64,000 bases of DNA from positions 372,001-436,000 of the forward strand of contig OZ237759.1 of assembly GCA_965178125.1 (NCBI GenBank), given 5' to 3'. Below are positions 25,606-37,086 of the stretch, piece by piece (positions within the stretch are counted from its first letter, which is position 1; each line of letters starts with the position of its first letter). The position numbers were made by a program, and so were the translations under genes. The DNA is from Bilabrum cf. latius (Eukaryota). The notes under the pieces are model-generated. The model saw only the letters and a list, made by a program, of their open reading frames with translations. It was not told the origin of the DNA and did no database searches.

Positions 25606-25835
25606 GTCTCATCGCCCCACGAGCGGCGCCGGCGGGCTCCGGCGCCCATCGCGCCGCGATGCGGGGCCTACTATCGGCGGGCGATGGGCACCGATGATCA
25701 GCGGCCCATCGGGCAGCGATGATCTTCGATGCCACCGAATCATATCGCGGAGCGACAAAGGGTACGAATTATCGCCCCGGCGATGGGCTACGATCGGTCG
25801 CCAGCCGACCGGCGCCGCGCAGGGATTTTGACGCG
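25606..25835. repeat. Second CATCG/CGATG-rich palindromic block
   Basis: Same motif vocabulary as 22056-22320. Ends in TTTTGACGCG, the reverse complement of CGCGTCAAAA at 22056. Confidence 0.6.
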
Positions 25836-25901
25836 AAAACTCTATTTTCTCTCTCTCTCTCTCAAGCGCGTCACGAATCTGAGCGTCTTCTCCCAGAACA
25901 C

Positions 25902-28900
25902 ATGGCGGCAACCACCGCGATCAAAGTCCGTTTCGGAGAGCAATCACTCCGACTGAACCATCCAAGCTGCCTGACCTTCGATTCGTTGCAGAAGGCATGC
26001 TTAGAGGGGTTCGAAGGCATCAACCAGGACTCACCTCCGTCGTTGTGGTATCTTGACGATGACGGGGACAAGTGCATCGTCTGTTCTGACGAGACATTCA
26101 AAGGCGCCATCGAGTTTGCCTCAAACTCAATGGATGCCACATCCAGACGTGAAAAGGCGCAGTTGACGTTGCACGTGCCGACAGAAAGATCAGCAACCGG
26201 CTCGGATCCAGCCCTTCTGGCAGCCGCAGAGCCCAAAATCGCAGTGCCCAGAGATGCGCTTGTCTCACCAATATCCGTGCAGCTGTATGCAGATGGCAAA
26301 TCACTAGGCGTCCGCATGCTCCCAACGGGAAACGTTCGATCCACGCTCACATCGCTGGTGAGGATTCATAATCTTAGGCGCTGTTCGCCCCAGTCCCTAT
26401 GGGATAGAAGTATCATTTCTAGGGCGCATCATTGCTAGCACACATTGTTTGCCCACATCGCAGCTTGGACTCCTGTCCCTGGCCGAGACCAGCCTTGCCC
26501 CAGAGCTTGCTTCGCTCTTGGAGGGGCATTCGAACGCAGATGGCGAAAATCGACCGTTTGCGGTGGAGCTGCACGCGAATTCGAGGCGACTCGTGTCCGA
26601 TCGCGAGCTAGCAGACGTGCTGGAAGCTCATTTCGGCGCACCACGCGGGGTCATCTCGGCCTCAGGCAGCGCAGCGGCATGCTCAGCCAGAGGCACCAGA
26701 GCATCCCCGGGCCTCTGCTTCCAGCTGGTGGTCCGTTGGCAGGACGGTGCCACTGCTCCCATGCACCGCGGGGAAGACTGCATGGGCCGGCAGGTCGATT
26801 TGAGTCCCCTGTCCGCCCACCACGTGAGGGACGGGACCAGCGCGCTCGCCCTCCAGGAAGCGGTTGCAACCAACTACCCGGAGCCAAAACGGCGCGCGAT
26901 CCTGGCCAAGACCGACACGGGCCGCGTTTCAGATGCTCTTCAGGGCCTGTTTCGGGGCAGAGCGCCCGACCCGGCGGGGGGCACATCGCTTGAGGCTGGC
27001 GACACGGTGGACACGCACCAGGCAGGGGCTCGCTTCAAGCCGCTCGCCAAGATCTCCGAAGCTGGCGCTCGGCGGTTCCTGGGCTTGCCCCCAGTGAAGG
27101 ATGGGGAGGGAACAGGGAAGATGAAGCAACAGAGCACTCGCCCAGATCCCGCCGAGCAGGTGCTCCAGGCCGCGGTGGAGGCGAGCGTGGACCCGGAGGT
27201 GTCCCCCGAGCGGTTGCAACTGGCGGCCCTTTCGGCACTCGAGTCGGGCAGCCCCCACCTGGGGTTTGAAGGAGGCGATGGAGCTGCCGCTGCACTGCGG
27301 GCCCGCATCCGGGAGGAGAAGGAGGGCAAATCGAGGGATATCACCCGGGACCCGCAGCCGCTGCACCCCGTGAGAGGGGGGGGCACTTCCCACCCCCAGT
27401 CCGGGGAGGTTCCGCTGGCGCCGCGCCGCGACGGGGACGTCCCTTCCGTGGGTCTGGAGCTCCGCGCTGCCGCCAAGAAGCTGCACGCGTTCCCCCCAGC
27501 CCCACCGGGGTCGCACCCCACCCCTCCTACCGGCAAGGGGCTGCTCCTCAGGAAGCTCGACTGCGACGTGGTGGTAGCGGGGTGCGGTTCCGCAGGGATC
27601 GGCGCCGCGCTTCAGGCCGCCAGGAACGGCGCCAAGGTGGTGGCGATCCACGGCAGGCCCGTGCTCGGGGGCAATGCCTCCTCCGAGGTGAGGCTGGCCA
27701 TGGTGGGGGCGGATGTGAGCGGGCACAGGGGCGTGGCGCTGCAGACGGAGGCCAGGGAGAGCGGTATCGTGGACGAGTGCAGGCAGGACCAGAGCGTCGC
27801 TAACCCTTAGTTCTGCCCCGAGATGGAGGACCTCATCTTCCTGGACAAATTCAGGGCAGAGCCAAACATGACCCTCCTGCTGAACACCTGGTTTACGGGG
27901 GTGGACAAAGAGCCCGCGGGTGATGCTGGTGTGACGAGTGGAACGTTGCCCGAGGGGGCGGGTGACGCCGTGACGACGGCATACGCCACCAACCAGATCA
28001 CTTAGGAGACCTTCGCCATCAGCTGCAAGGCCATCATCGACACAACTGGGGACGGCAGGGCGATGGCGGAGGCCCAGGCGGACTGGACCCAGGGCAGGGA
28101 GGCGTCGTCCACGTACGGCGAGTCCAACGCACCCCCCGAGGCAGATACCCTAACAGAGGGGACGTCTCTGGCCTTCCATGCGGTAGACATGGGCAGGCCC
28201 ATGCCATTCAAGCTGCCGCCCACATTCACCCGGCGCTTCCAAAAGGACGATTTCGAGTACAGGCACCTGAGCCGGCTGGACTACGGCTACTGGTGGGTAG
28301 AGATGTCCTTCCCCTGGGACTGCGTGAGCGACGGTGAGACCATCCGCAAGCACCTGAGCGAGGCTCTGCTCGGGGTGTGGGACTACATGAAGAACAGCGG
28401 GGAGTTCGACGGCAAGGGCATCGAGAACTACGCACTGCAGTGGTTCGGGTGGTACCCCTGCAAAAGAGAGGCCCGCAGGCTCGTGGGCATGCACGTGCAG
28501 ACGCAGCAGGAGCAGGCACCGGTGCCAAAGCTGTACCCCGACGCGGTCAGCTACGCAGGGTGGCCGCAGGACCTTCACTCCCCGTTCGGAGTGAACGATC
28601 CTACGCTTCCACCCAACCACGACGGAGCAGTGCCGTACCTGTACAGCACCCCTCTCCGGAGCCTGTGCGCTGGACTTACCGTGCCGAATCTGCTGGTAGC
28701 TGGCAGACTGGCCTCTTTCTCACACGTGGCCTACGGCTCCTAGCGGGTCATGGCGACGTGCCAGGCCATGGGGCAGGGGGCGGGTGCTGCCGCAGCCTAC
28801 TGCATTCACAAGGGCGTGACACCGTACGAGGCCGCCTAGGACCCAGACGCCGTGTGGAGCATCCAGCAGCAGCTTCTGAGGGACGACAAGTTCATCATTG

Positions 28901-29895
28901 GGGTGGTCAATGCGGACCCGAGGGACAGGGCCCGCACCGCCAGCATTGCCGCCAGCACCGAGCAGGACGGCAGCGAGGCCAAACTCGTCATCTCGGGGCA
29001 GACTAGGGCCGTGGATGGGAAGGGGGGTTGCTACTCGGGGCAGTGCCTGCAAGGGACCAATCGGTGGAGGAGCGCAACCCTGCCCGCCACTTTGACCATG
29101 TCTTGGACCCAGGAAGACGCCTTCGAGCTGGGCACGGTGCAGCTGGTCCTGGACACTGGTTTGCACCGGCAGTGCACCTTCTCCATACAGACCGAAACGG
29201 AATCCGTGGAGAACTGGGGCAGTCCTCAGCCCGAGGTGCTGCAGGATTACTCGATCGAGGTGCTGCAGGCCGGGAGCGGGGCCAGTGGAGCGGACTCGGG
29301 ATCAAAGGCATCGGGCGGGTCCGGTGGTACGGACAACTGGGTAGAGGTGCTGCAGGTCACAGGCAACCACCAGCGGCGGGTAGTGCACTCGATGCAGATG
29401 GCCGGCTCCAAGATCGTGGGCCTCCGGATCAACTGCACGCGGGCGGCGGTCATAGACGAAGCTAGGATCTGCGAGGTTAGGGTGTATGCAGTGGGCGAAG
29501 ACGGGCCGTTTCCCTCCAAGGAGCGGGCGATCGACTTCGAGAGGGCCAGCATCGCGAATGCGCTGGAGATGGCGCGGAGGAAGAGGGCGGTGGGATCTGT
29601 AGAATGTACTGCGGCGGGCGACGCGGCACCGCCGGCTCCTGCATCCGGGGCGGGAGCGGGAAGCAGTGCCAGTGCGGGCGGGTCTGCCTCGCGACCAGAG
29701 GACGATGCTGATGTCGCCTCGCTGTCGCTGGAGATGCAGGCATCAGCTGCCAGGCTCCGGGCCATGCAAGCCGATCCTTGGGCCGGGCCGGGGAGAATCG
29801 TTGCAGATTCGGAGCCGGAAACCCTCCGCCTGGCCCTTCCGCCGGCAGGTGCCCCCTTCGCCGATGCAGCCTGGAAAGAAGCCATCGGGTCCTGA
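25902..29895 (+). CDS. PB1-domain / FAD-dependent oxidoreductase fusion protein
   Basis: PB1 motifs IKVRF and WYLDDDGDKC. Intron 26358-26463. Then DVVVAGCGSAG, RPVLGGNASSEVR, IDTTGDG, KREARRLVG and SHVAYGS*RVMATC. TAGs at 27808, 28003, 28741, 28837; ends TGA. Confidence 0.85.
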
Positions 29896-30040
29896 GGGCG
29901 AGTTTGCCACTGTGTGTGCGTGTTTCCTCATGTTTGCGTGTAGACAAAGCTAGTCTGACTACATGTTAAATAATGCCATCGTGAATTTCACAATAGTAAG
30001 CTTTTCACAGTTGAGGCAACCAGAGCGCCCAGCAGCCACG

Positions 30041-31390
30041 TCAAAGCGTCGGGCCCTTTCCGATCACGACTCCGCTGCTAGCCCCCCCAACACCCGCGGG
30101 CGCTGCCGCCACCCCGAATCCGGCAGCGGCCTATGGAGCGGCTGCCCCACGGCTAGCCCCCACCCCGCTCGGCCATGCCTTGTTCTCGCCCTCCAGCGCC
30201 TCGTTGATTCTCCGAGCCACCGAGGCGGCTCCCCCCTCGTCCTCGTGGGGCGTGAAGAGAATGTGCGTGCGGATCCGCGAGTTGCACTGGCACCCACAGC
30301 ACGTGGGTGTGACCAGCTCCCCGCTCTGGTGCTTCCTGAGAGTGTCTGCGTAACTGGACCCAGGGCCCGCCTGATTAGCGATCTCTTCCAGCGAGAGAGG
30401 GTAGGACTTCTTCTTGCGGTAGTGGACCATCAGGATGGGCCGGGTCTCGAGCACAACGTGGTCTTCGGGCTCGCTTTTTGCGCAGGCGCAGCAGTTCGTG
30501 AAGGTTCCCCTGCAGCAGAAGGACACATACCCCACCGTGAAGGCCGTCCGCTGGGGGGAGCAGCACCGGCCGCTGGTAGTCCCACCGTGGCAGCAACCAT
30601 TCGCGTTCGACTCCTGCATGTCCTCCGTGGTGGCGGGTCGGGCCCTGATCACAACCGATGTGCGGATGGTGTGCCAGCGGGGCCCGCACCGGAGCATGCA
30701 CCTGAGGCACGGCAGGTTGCTGCACAGAATCCCGTGGGCTCCGCCGGGCGCCGAGTGCTCGTCACCCACGATGGGCAGCACAGGGTCTGGGATGAAGTAG
30801 GGAGGCAGCTGCGTGTAGTCGGGCTCTGCGGACTGTCCCGGCTGAGGGGCGGGTGGACGGCAGCAGACGCAGCTGCCGGGTTGCTGGCTGCCGCTCGCTC
30901 GCTCCGCCGCGCGACGATTTAGCTCCGCAATTCCATCTGGGTGAGGCATTGCAGTCACTCCAATTCCAAATCCTACTGCGCCACCCGCAATTCGAAGCCG
31001 GCGTGCGTAGCAAGGCACCAGAAAGATCAGTAGGGTGCCCCACACTGCCATCTGAATGATCGGGTTCATGAGCTGCGTCCACCACCTGAACGGTGTTTTG
31101 CACTCTGTTGGGAAGTTATCGTCGTCAGCATTCGTGCTTGGGCACGGGTTGCCTTCACTGTCAGTCGCAGGCTTGGCCGTATCGTCTGTCAAAGACGCTG
31201 CGATAGCAGTCGCAACGAGTCCCAACGATGACAGCAAGAGCAGGCTCGAGACCGAGAGCAAGCAAAGTTGTTGGCCCTATGCTTCCTTCAGCCGAATGTC
31301 AGCAGATGCTGGCGTCTCCAACAGGCGCATCGACGCGTACCGATACTCGCGAACAATCCCAGAACCGTGCAGGAGAGCTCGGGTAGCCAT
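30041..31390 (-). CDS. Hypothetical Cys-rich membrane protein
   Basis: Long frame with two hydrophobic segments and CC motifs. TAGs at 31277 and 30131; TGA at 30041. Start uncertain (31390 or 31330). Confidence 0.6.
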
Positions 31391-31661
31391 AGCTCCTTGC
31401 AGTCCATTTTCTGTGTCTGGCGCACGCGCTGGTTCTACTAGTTGTTGACTTCCATACTTCTTGGGTTTAGAATCGTTCGTAAACATTTTATGTGCTTTAT
31501 TATGGTAGTTCGAAGCTTACGAGCTCCGGATTCTCGATTTCCGGGGGAATGTCGCGGAAACGCGCGGTGCGAACACTGCCCAGAGCTTTCCAGGATCAGA
31601 CTCGAACAATGGCGACATGATTCCCGCTTTACTGAGCATGCTTTCATGATGCTCATACCAA

Positions 31662-33416
31662 TCAGTCGATGATCTGCTCCAAGACGCTCACAAGCCCGGC
31701 CCACCGCGAGGCAAGGGGTCCGGGTAGCAGCTCCGCAGCTGCACTCATCACACCTCTGGCCTCCATGGCCTCCGCGAGTAGCAGCGCCGGGAGCCTTTGC
31801 CTCGGGTCGAGTGCCTCGTTGCGGGAACAACATGTGACCCCCGCGGCGGCCGAAGCAGCAGCGAGCACCTGGTCGGCTGCTCCTCTCCGCAACGATGTGA
31901 CGAGTGCATCTGCGCACGCGGTGTACGCAGCGTCGGGTCTGTGCGGGGCACTTGCTCCGCCGGCATGTGCGAGCACATTCGCCAGAGCAAGCGCTCCGCG
32001 GATTCCCAGCTCGCCAGGCACCTGCATGCCAGTGGCCCGCGGCGGACCCCCATGTGGCCCGTGAGTAGCGGGTGCGTCGGCGGTCGAATCTGTGGGCACA
32101 CTCCCCGTTGAGTATTGTGATTTGCTGGCCCCTGGCTGCGGTGGTAGCAGACCCGCAAGCTCAAGCGCGTTCTACCAACGGTCGCAACTAGCCAGTGCAC
32201 TCATGACGCGGGTCGTGTTGGGCACGGGGTCGTCAGCAGATGCTGTGCCCGTCGCCTCCTTGGCTAAGGATGAGGAGACAGCTGCGGGAGATGGTTTCTC
32301 GTCAATCTGAGGGTGCCCGATGTACGAGTCCTCGTACGCCTTGCTCCAGTACTGCAGGCGCAGGTCCCTCAGGGAAACCGCCCTGGCCACGAGCGAGCAC
32401 AGCTCCTCTGTGTTCCCGGGGGCCAGCCCTGCCCCGTAGAGGTACAGGCTGGTCAGCGATGGAGACCCGCAGCCTGCCCTGACGAGTGCGAGGGCGGCCC
32501 GGGATCCGATCGGCCGAGGCAGGTCACTTCTCTTGTACCGGTTGTGGTTGTTCGCGATGGAAAGCTTCCTCAGGGTCAGACTCCTCTCGACCAGCTGGGT
32601 CCTGACCGCATCGACAGCCGCCTCGGTAAAGAGCGTGCAGTTGTTGAGCGAGAATGACCGAAGTGCAGGGCACTGCGCTGCACCAGCGGCGAGGGCGGTC
32701 ACGCCCTCCACGGAGCCGGGCCAGTCGAGGGCACAGCTGGAAAACTCAACGGATACCATGGACCGCGAGGCGCCTATGGCACGAGCGAGTGCCACGAGGG
32801 GCGCGCCGCGGTAGTCGTCCGTCAATGTAACGTGCTATACGTGCCCCGCCCTTATTAGTGCGGCAATCCCATCTGCTACCTAGCCCGCCAGCTCGCCCCC
32901 GCTGCCTCCGACTGCCGTTTCCTCTGCGGCTCCGCTGCCGGCTGGTGGCGGCGGCTCTCGGTCCTCTGGCAGCATGTAGTTGAGCGTGAGCCGCTTGACA
33001 GCCCTCGCCGCGATCGATTCAAATAAATCTTGTACTTCTCGCTTACTGGTGCACTCACAGCCGTATAGCATCAGGGAGGTGAGCGATGGGCAGCTGCGCA
33101 ACACCTTGCATATGCCTTCCAGAACACCAGCGATTGGTCGTCGGGACCACCGCACCTCAAAATGTTGCAGGCATGAGCACTGTGCAGCTACTATGCATAG
33201 ACGTGTGAAGCAGTCGTCAGCGACATCATTCACGTGTCGAAGCGAAATGTGTGTCACCGTTGCCTTTTCACCGGATGGAGCGACAGCAAGATTGGCAGCC
33301 ACTGAATCTACGTCCCGCGCGGTTGCCTCCTTAGCCACAAACTCAATACGTCCGATGTCCATCCCCCCTGCGATCCTGCGCTGAATGCCTTCCACCCGGG
33401 CAGATGCCTTCGACAT
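31662..33416 (-). CDS. Divergent RI-like LRR protein
   Basis: CPSLTSLMLYGC, CPALRSFSLNNC, LRKLSIANN, SLTSLYLYG. Three track ORFs join in one frame through TAGs at 32880, about 32835 and 32172; TGA at 31662. Confidence 0.7.
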
Positions 33417-33606
33417 ACCAGTTTGCAATTGGAGTCTTCCGCTGCAGTGGGTACTTGTTCGAAATAATATAATGGAGGCAACCTCGTGGACACTCCAAAG
33501 AAATTGACAAGAGATAGAATTTGATCACGAACTACGCAAACTATGTCACGGGTTTAACTGCGACCACACGCCGGTTTTTTTTTGGTCGTTCCAGAATCCG
33601 GATCGA

Positions 33607-33804
33607 CAACCGGCCGCCGCCAGGTCTGTCTATCCTACTACTAACACGCAAACTGGTCAAAGCAATGAAATCACGCAAATCAAGAGCGATCCGATTTCCT
33701 AGTTCCGGCGTACCGCACCTCGAAATCGTCGATCCAGACCACTGGCAGGCCGCAGCCGAAGATGCGGAATTGCAGATCACCGCCATTCAAGTCGGTCTCT
33801 GTGA
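33607..33804 (-). pseudogene. Duplicated 3' fragment of the 37087-40209 gene
   Basis: About 85% identical by eye to 37013-37200. Encodes GDLQFRIFGCGLPVVWIDDFEVRYAGTRKSDRS-TGA plus 3' flank, with no upstream gene body. Confidence 0.75.
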
Positions 33805-34852
33805 ACACCGTCTGGCTGTAAAGGATTTGCCGCTCGCTGCGTGCGGGACGCTGGGCTCAACGCAATCGCAGTGTACCGCATCATGGCTGGGGGCCGGGTG
33901 GCTGTGGCCGAGGCCGCGGAGCTCTTCCTGCGGGGCAGCAGCCGGAACAACTTGAAGTTGAAGTTGCTGCAGTAGGCCAGGGGGTCGGAGGAAGCTGCTG
34001 GTCAAGTTGGACTGCTGGTGGGCAGAGGCGCATCTCCAGAGGCAGCGGCCCCTTCAAAGTTTGGATAGGTAGGGGGATGGGGCGGCCGCAGCCACGAGGG
34101 CGAAAGCGAAGGCGGAGGAGATCGTTGATCCACTCGAGGGCGCACTCTGCACAGCAGTGGGGCTCCGCGAGTGAAAGCAGTAGGGAGGCAAGAAGCAAGC
34201 AATGGGTGCGATGCAGAAGCATACTTGTGAAAGGAAGAAGTACGAGCTGGCGGAGGGAGAGGGGCAGCAAGCCTTGGGCGGGGCCGACGCAGTGGGACCG
34301 GCGAGTGCCGGCCGCAAGCGGGGACTAGACCCACCGAGGACGACCCACTCAACTGGAGGGGAACCCCCAAGAGGAAACAGTAGCAGGAAACGACGATGGC
34401 GTGGAAGACGCGAGAGACGAGAACGATTCGGGCCCGCAGGCGCGTGAGGAGGAGGATCTGACCGGGTAGGATGACTGACCCCGGCGGCCATGGCAAGATG
34501 AGCCAAACGAGAGGGTAGGAAGAGCAGTGGGAGGTTCGAGTCATTTCCTGATGCTTGCCCTGAACCACGAGCCCGACCCGGCCAAGAGACAAAGGCGGCC
34601 GTCTGCGAAGCACAGGATGGGCTCCACGATCAGGTGCCGTGACGCTCCGTCGGTGACAATCAGTTGCCAGAAAAACTTCTGAGAATCTTTGTATGGTTTC
34701 CACACCCTCCGCGTTATTCTGGTTATTCTGGCAGTGGTTCGCGTCACACTGGCAGTAAAATGGCAGCGCGTGTCTCCTCGCCTACTAGTACTCACACATT
34801 TCTTTGCCGCCTACTGCATCAGTGCGAAGTGATACAACGGCCCATCACAGGA

Positions 34853-36508
34853 ATGCCATCAATTGCTTCAAGTTTGGTGGCTTTCGCCGCCTGCTCGGCG
34901 CTCAGTGTGCACGGGCGACGAGCAGCAGGCCAGCAGCACCTTCGCAGCGCTGGCTCCACGTCGTCGGCCTCAGTCCATGCCAGCAGCAGGCACCATAGCC
35001 GCATCTACTATGCGATGGACCTCAAGCTTGACAAAATTGACATGTACTCTTGCGATGTCAAGGCCTTGGCCGCGAGGAAGAAGCCGGCTGAGGGCGACAG
35101 GCTCCGGAGGGGCGAAATTCTGCATTCAGCCACTGCCCCGTTCGGCAACGCCTTGTCCAAGCGTTCGACGATGGCGTGGCTCCGGGCTGACTGCAACTTG
35201 GACGTCACTGCCAATGGCAAGACGGGATTGTTCGTCTCGGGCATCCAAGAGGAGCATGCTTTCCACTGTGCGCTGGTCTTGACGGATGCAACGTGCAGCA
35301 CGGATGGAGACCTGGCCATCATCGACACGGATACAGGCAAGTACCTCTGGCGGGTGCAATCGTCTATTTTCACACCCAAGGTGGACACCTTTCTGGTTCA
35401 AGGGGACGGCAATACCGTTCTCCTCCAGGAAGGCGCGCATCTGCTGTGGAGCACCAAGAACGATGGCCACGGAGACGTCAACGGTAATGGGAAGTTCCAC
35501 TTCGATCTGGATGTGCGGGAGGACGTGCACAGTCTGCAGTGCGATGCAAAGGCCCTGGAATCTTCGTACCACCAAGTGACCGACGGCGATGTGCTGTCTC
35601 CGCGGCAAGTGCTGCGGGCCGGGGATGCCTTAAAAGCGGGCAAGGGGGAGCTGCGCATGCAGGGAGACTGCAACCTGGTGGTGCACTTTAGGGGCTTTGT
35701 ACAGTATTCGACCTACACGAGAAGCAAGGGTACCGAGGGGAAGTGCGTACTCATCATCACGGGGGACGGGTGCGACACCTAGGGGGACTTGGCCATCGTG
35801 GACAGCGCCTCCGGGCAGTACATCTGGCGGGTGCCTACCTCGCTGATGGACCCGGGTGCAGACACCCTTCGCCTGCAGGGGGACGGGAATGCCGTTCTGT
35901 TCCAGCAGGGAGGTGCTATCGCGTGGGCGACGAGGGATGCGGAGGTTACCTTCGGCAATGGTTTCAAGAAGGCGGCGCTGCAGGCGGCCATCGAAGGGGC
36001 GGTGCATCGCTGCGACCCCAAGGCGCTTGCTAAGCGACCTGCCGCCCGGGGAGACCAGCTGTGGGACTCCGAGGTGCTGGCCATGGGGCAGTCGCTCCAG
36101 CTGGAGAGCAAAAGCAAGGCCTCTCTGACGGTACAAGACGGCTGCAACCTGGTGGAGACGAGACATGACGGAGACATCAACTGGTACACGGATACCCAGG
36201 GCAAGGCCCAGAAGTGCGCACTCGTCATCACGGGGGAGGAGTGCGACCGTACGGGAGATCTCGCTCTCGTGGACATGGGCAGCGGGGAGTACCTGTGGAG
36301 CATCGAGACGTCCTACATGCGGCCCACGGCCAGGATGTTGATTCTTCGGGAGTACACCTTGTACCTGAACCAGCAGGCTTCACTCTCCAGTATCTGGTAG
36401 TCGAGTTACAAATCTCGAGACACGAGCTCTCCGCCGCTCCCTGAGGGATACCCGGATACTAGGTTCGAAAAGGTGTTCAACTATACACGCAACTCCTAGG
36501 ATTATTGA
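34853..36508 (+). CDS. Secreted bulb-type lectin repeat protein (three modules)
   Basis: Signal peptide; three modules with ADCNL/QGDCNL/QDGCNL and GDLA..D..G.Y.W. TAGs at 35780, 36398, 36497; TGA at 36506. Confidence 0.8.
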
Positions 36509-37086
36509 GGGGGTTGCTTCTGTTCGGGCTACGTAGTCGTGACCCGAAGAACAGCACAGGTGGCATACGATTCCAACGATGCCAATCCGCGTCAAGCTCG
36601 GAGATCCGGCGGCATGCAGCGCTCGGACTGCTACTAGCCGGATACCTCTGTGGCGTTTTGCTTCATGTTTGTGCGATCATGTTGGTAGTTCGAGAGGTGG
36701 GCGTGCAGGAGCCTTGTCACTTGGACTGCGAGGTGTACGACGCAACGACTTTCCTCTCCCCACACACGGACTAGGTGTTGCAGCGCTCATCGTCTTCGCA
36801 GAGCCATCCTCATCGCACAGTTGGTGAGGCCAAAAATGAGTTCATCGAGATCACGTGTTGGGCACAGTACCCGCTCGAGGGGCAGGGTCAGATTCGACGC
36901 GGTGAAGCGGACGAGAGAGTGCGATTGAGGGGGCACACGCAGGAGCGCGACTACTACTAGACTAGTAGCAGGGGTGGGCTAAGAGGGGATGAGGGGGGAG
37001 TAGCCTAGACCGCAACCGGCCGCCGCCAGGTCAGTCTATACTTGCTAGCAACACGCAAATTGGTCAAATTAATGAAGCCACGCAAA

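Noticed and set aside
27808-28839. Pyrrolysine or programmed site-specific readthrough
   Set aside because: TAGs are scattered through unrelated genes with no shared context and align with Gln; no pyl genes are present.
33810-34800. Possible gene upstream of the lectin
   Set aside because: Only short frames broken by TGA and no recognisable domain; at most a degenerate remnant.
36510-37010. Possible small gene between the lectin and paralog A
   Set aside because: No convincing start, domain or splice model.
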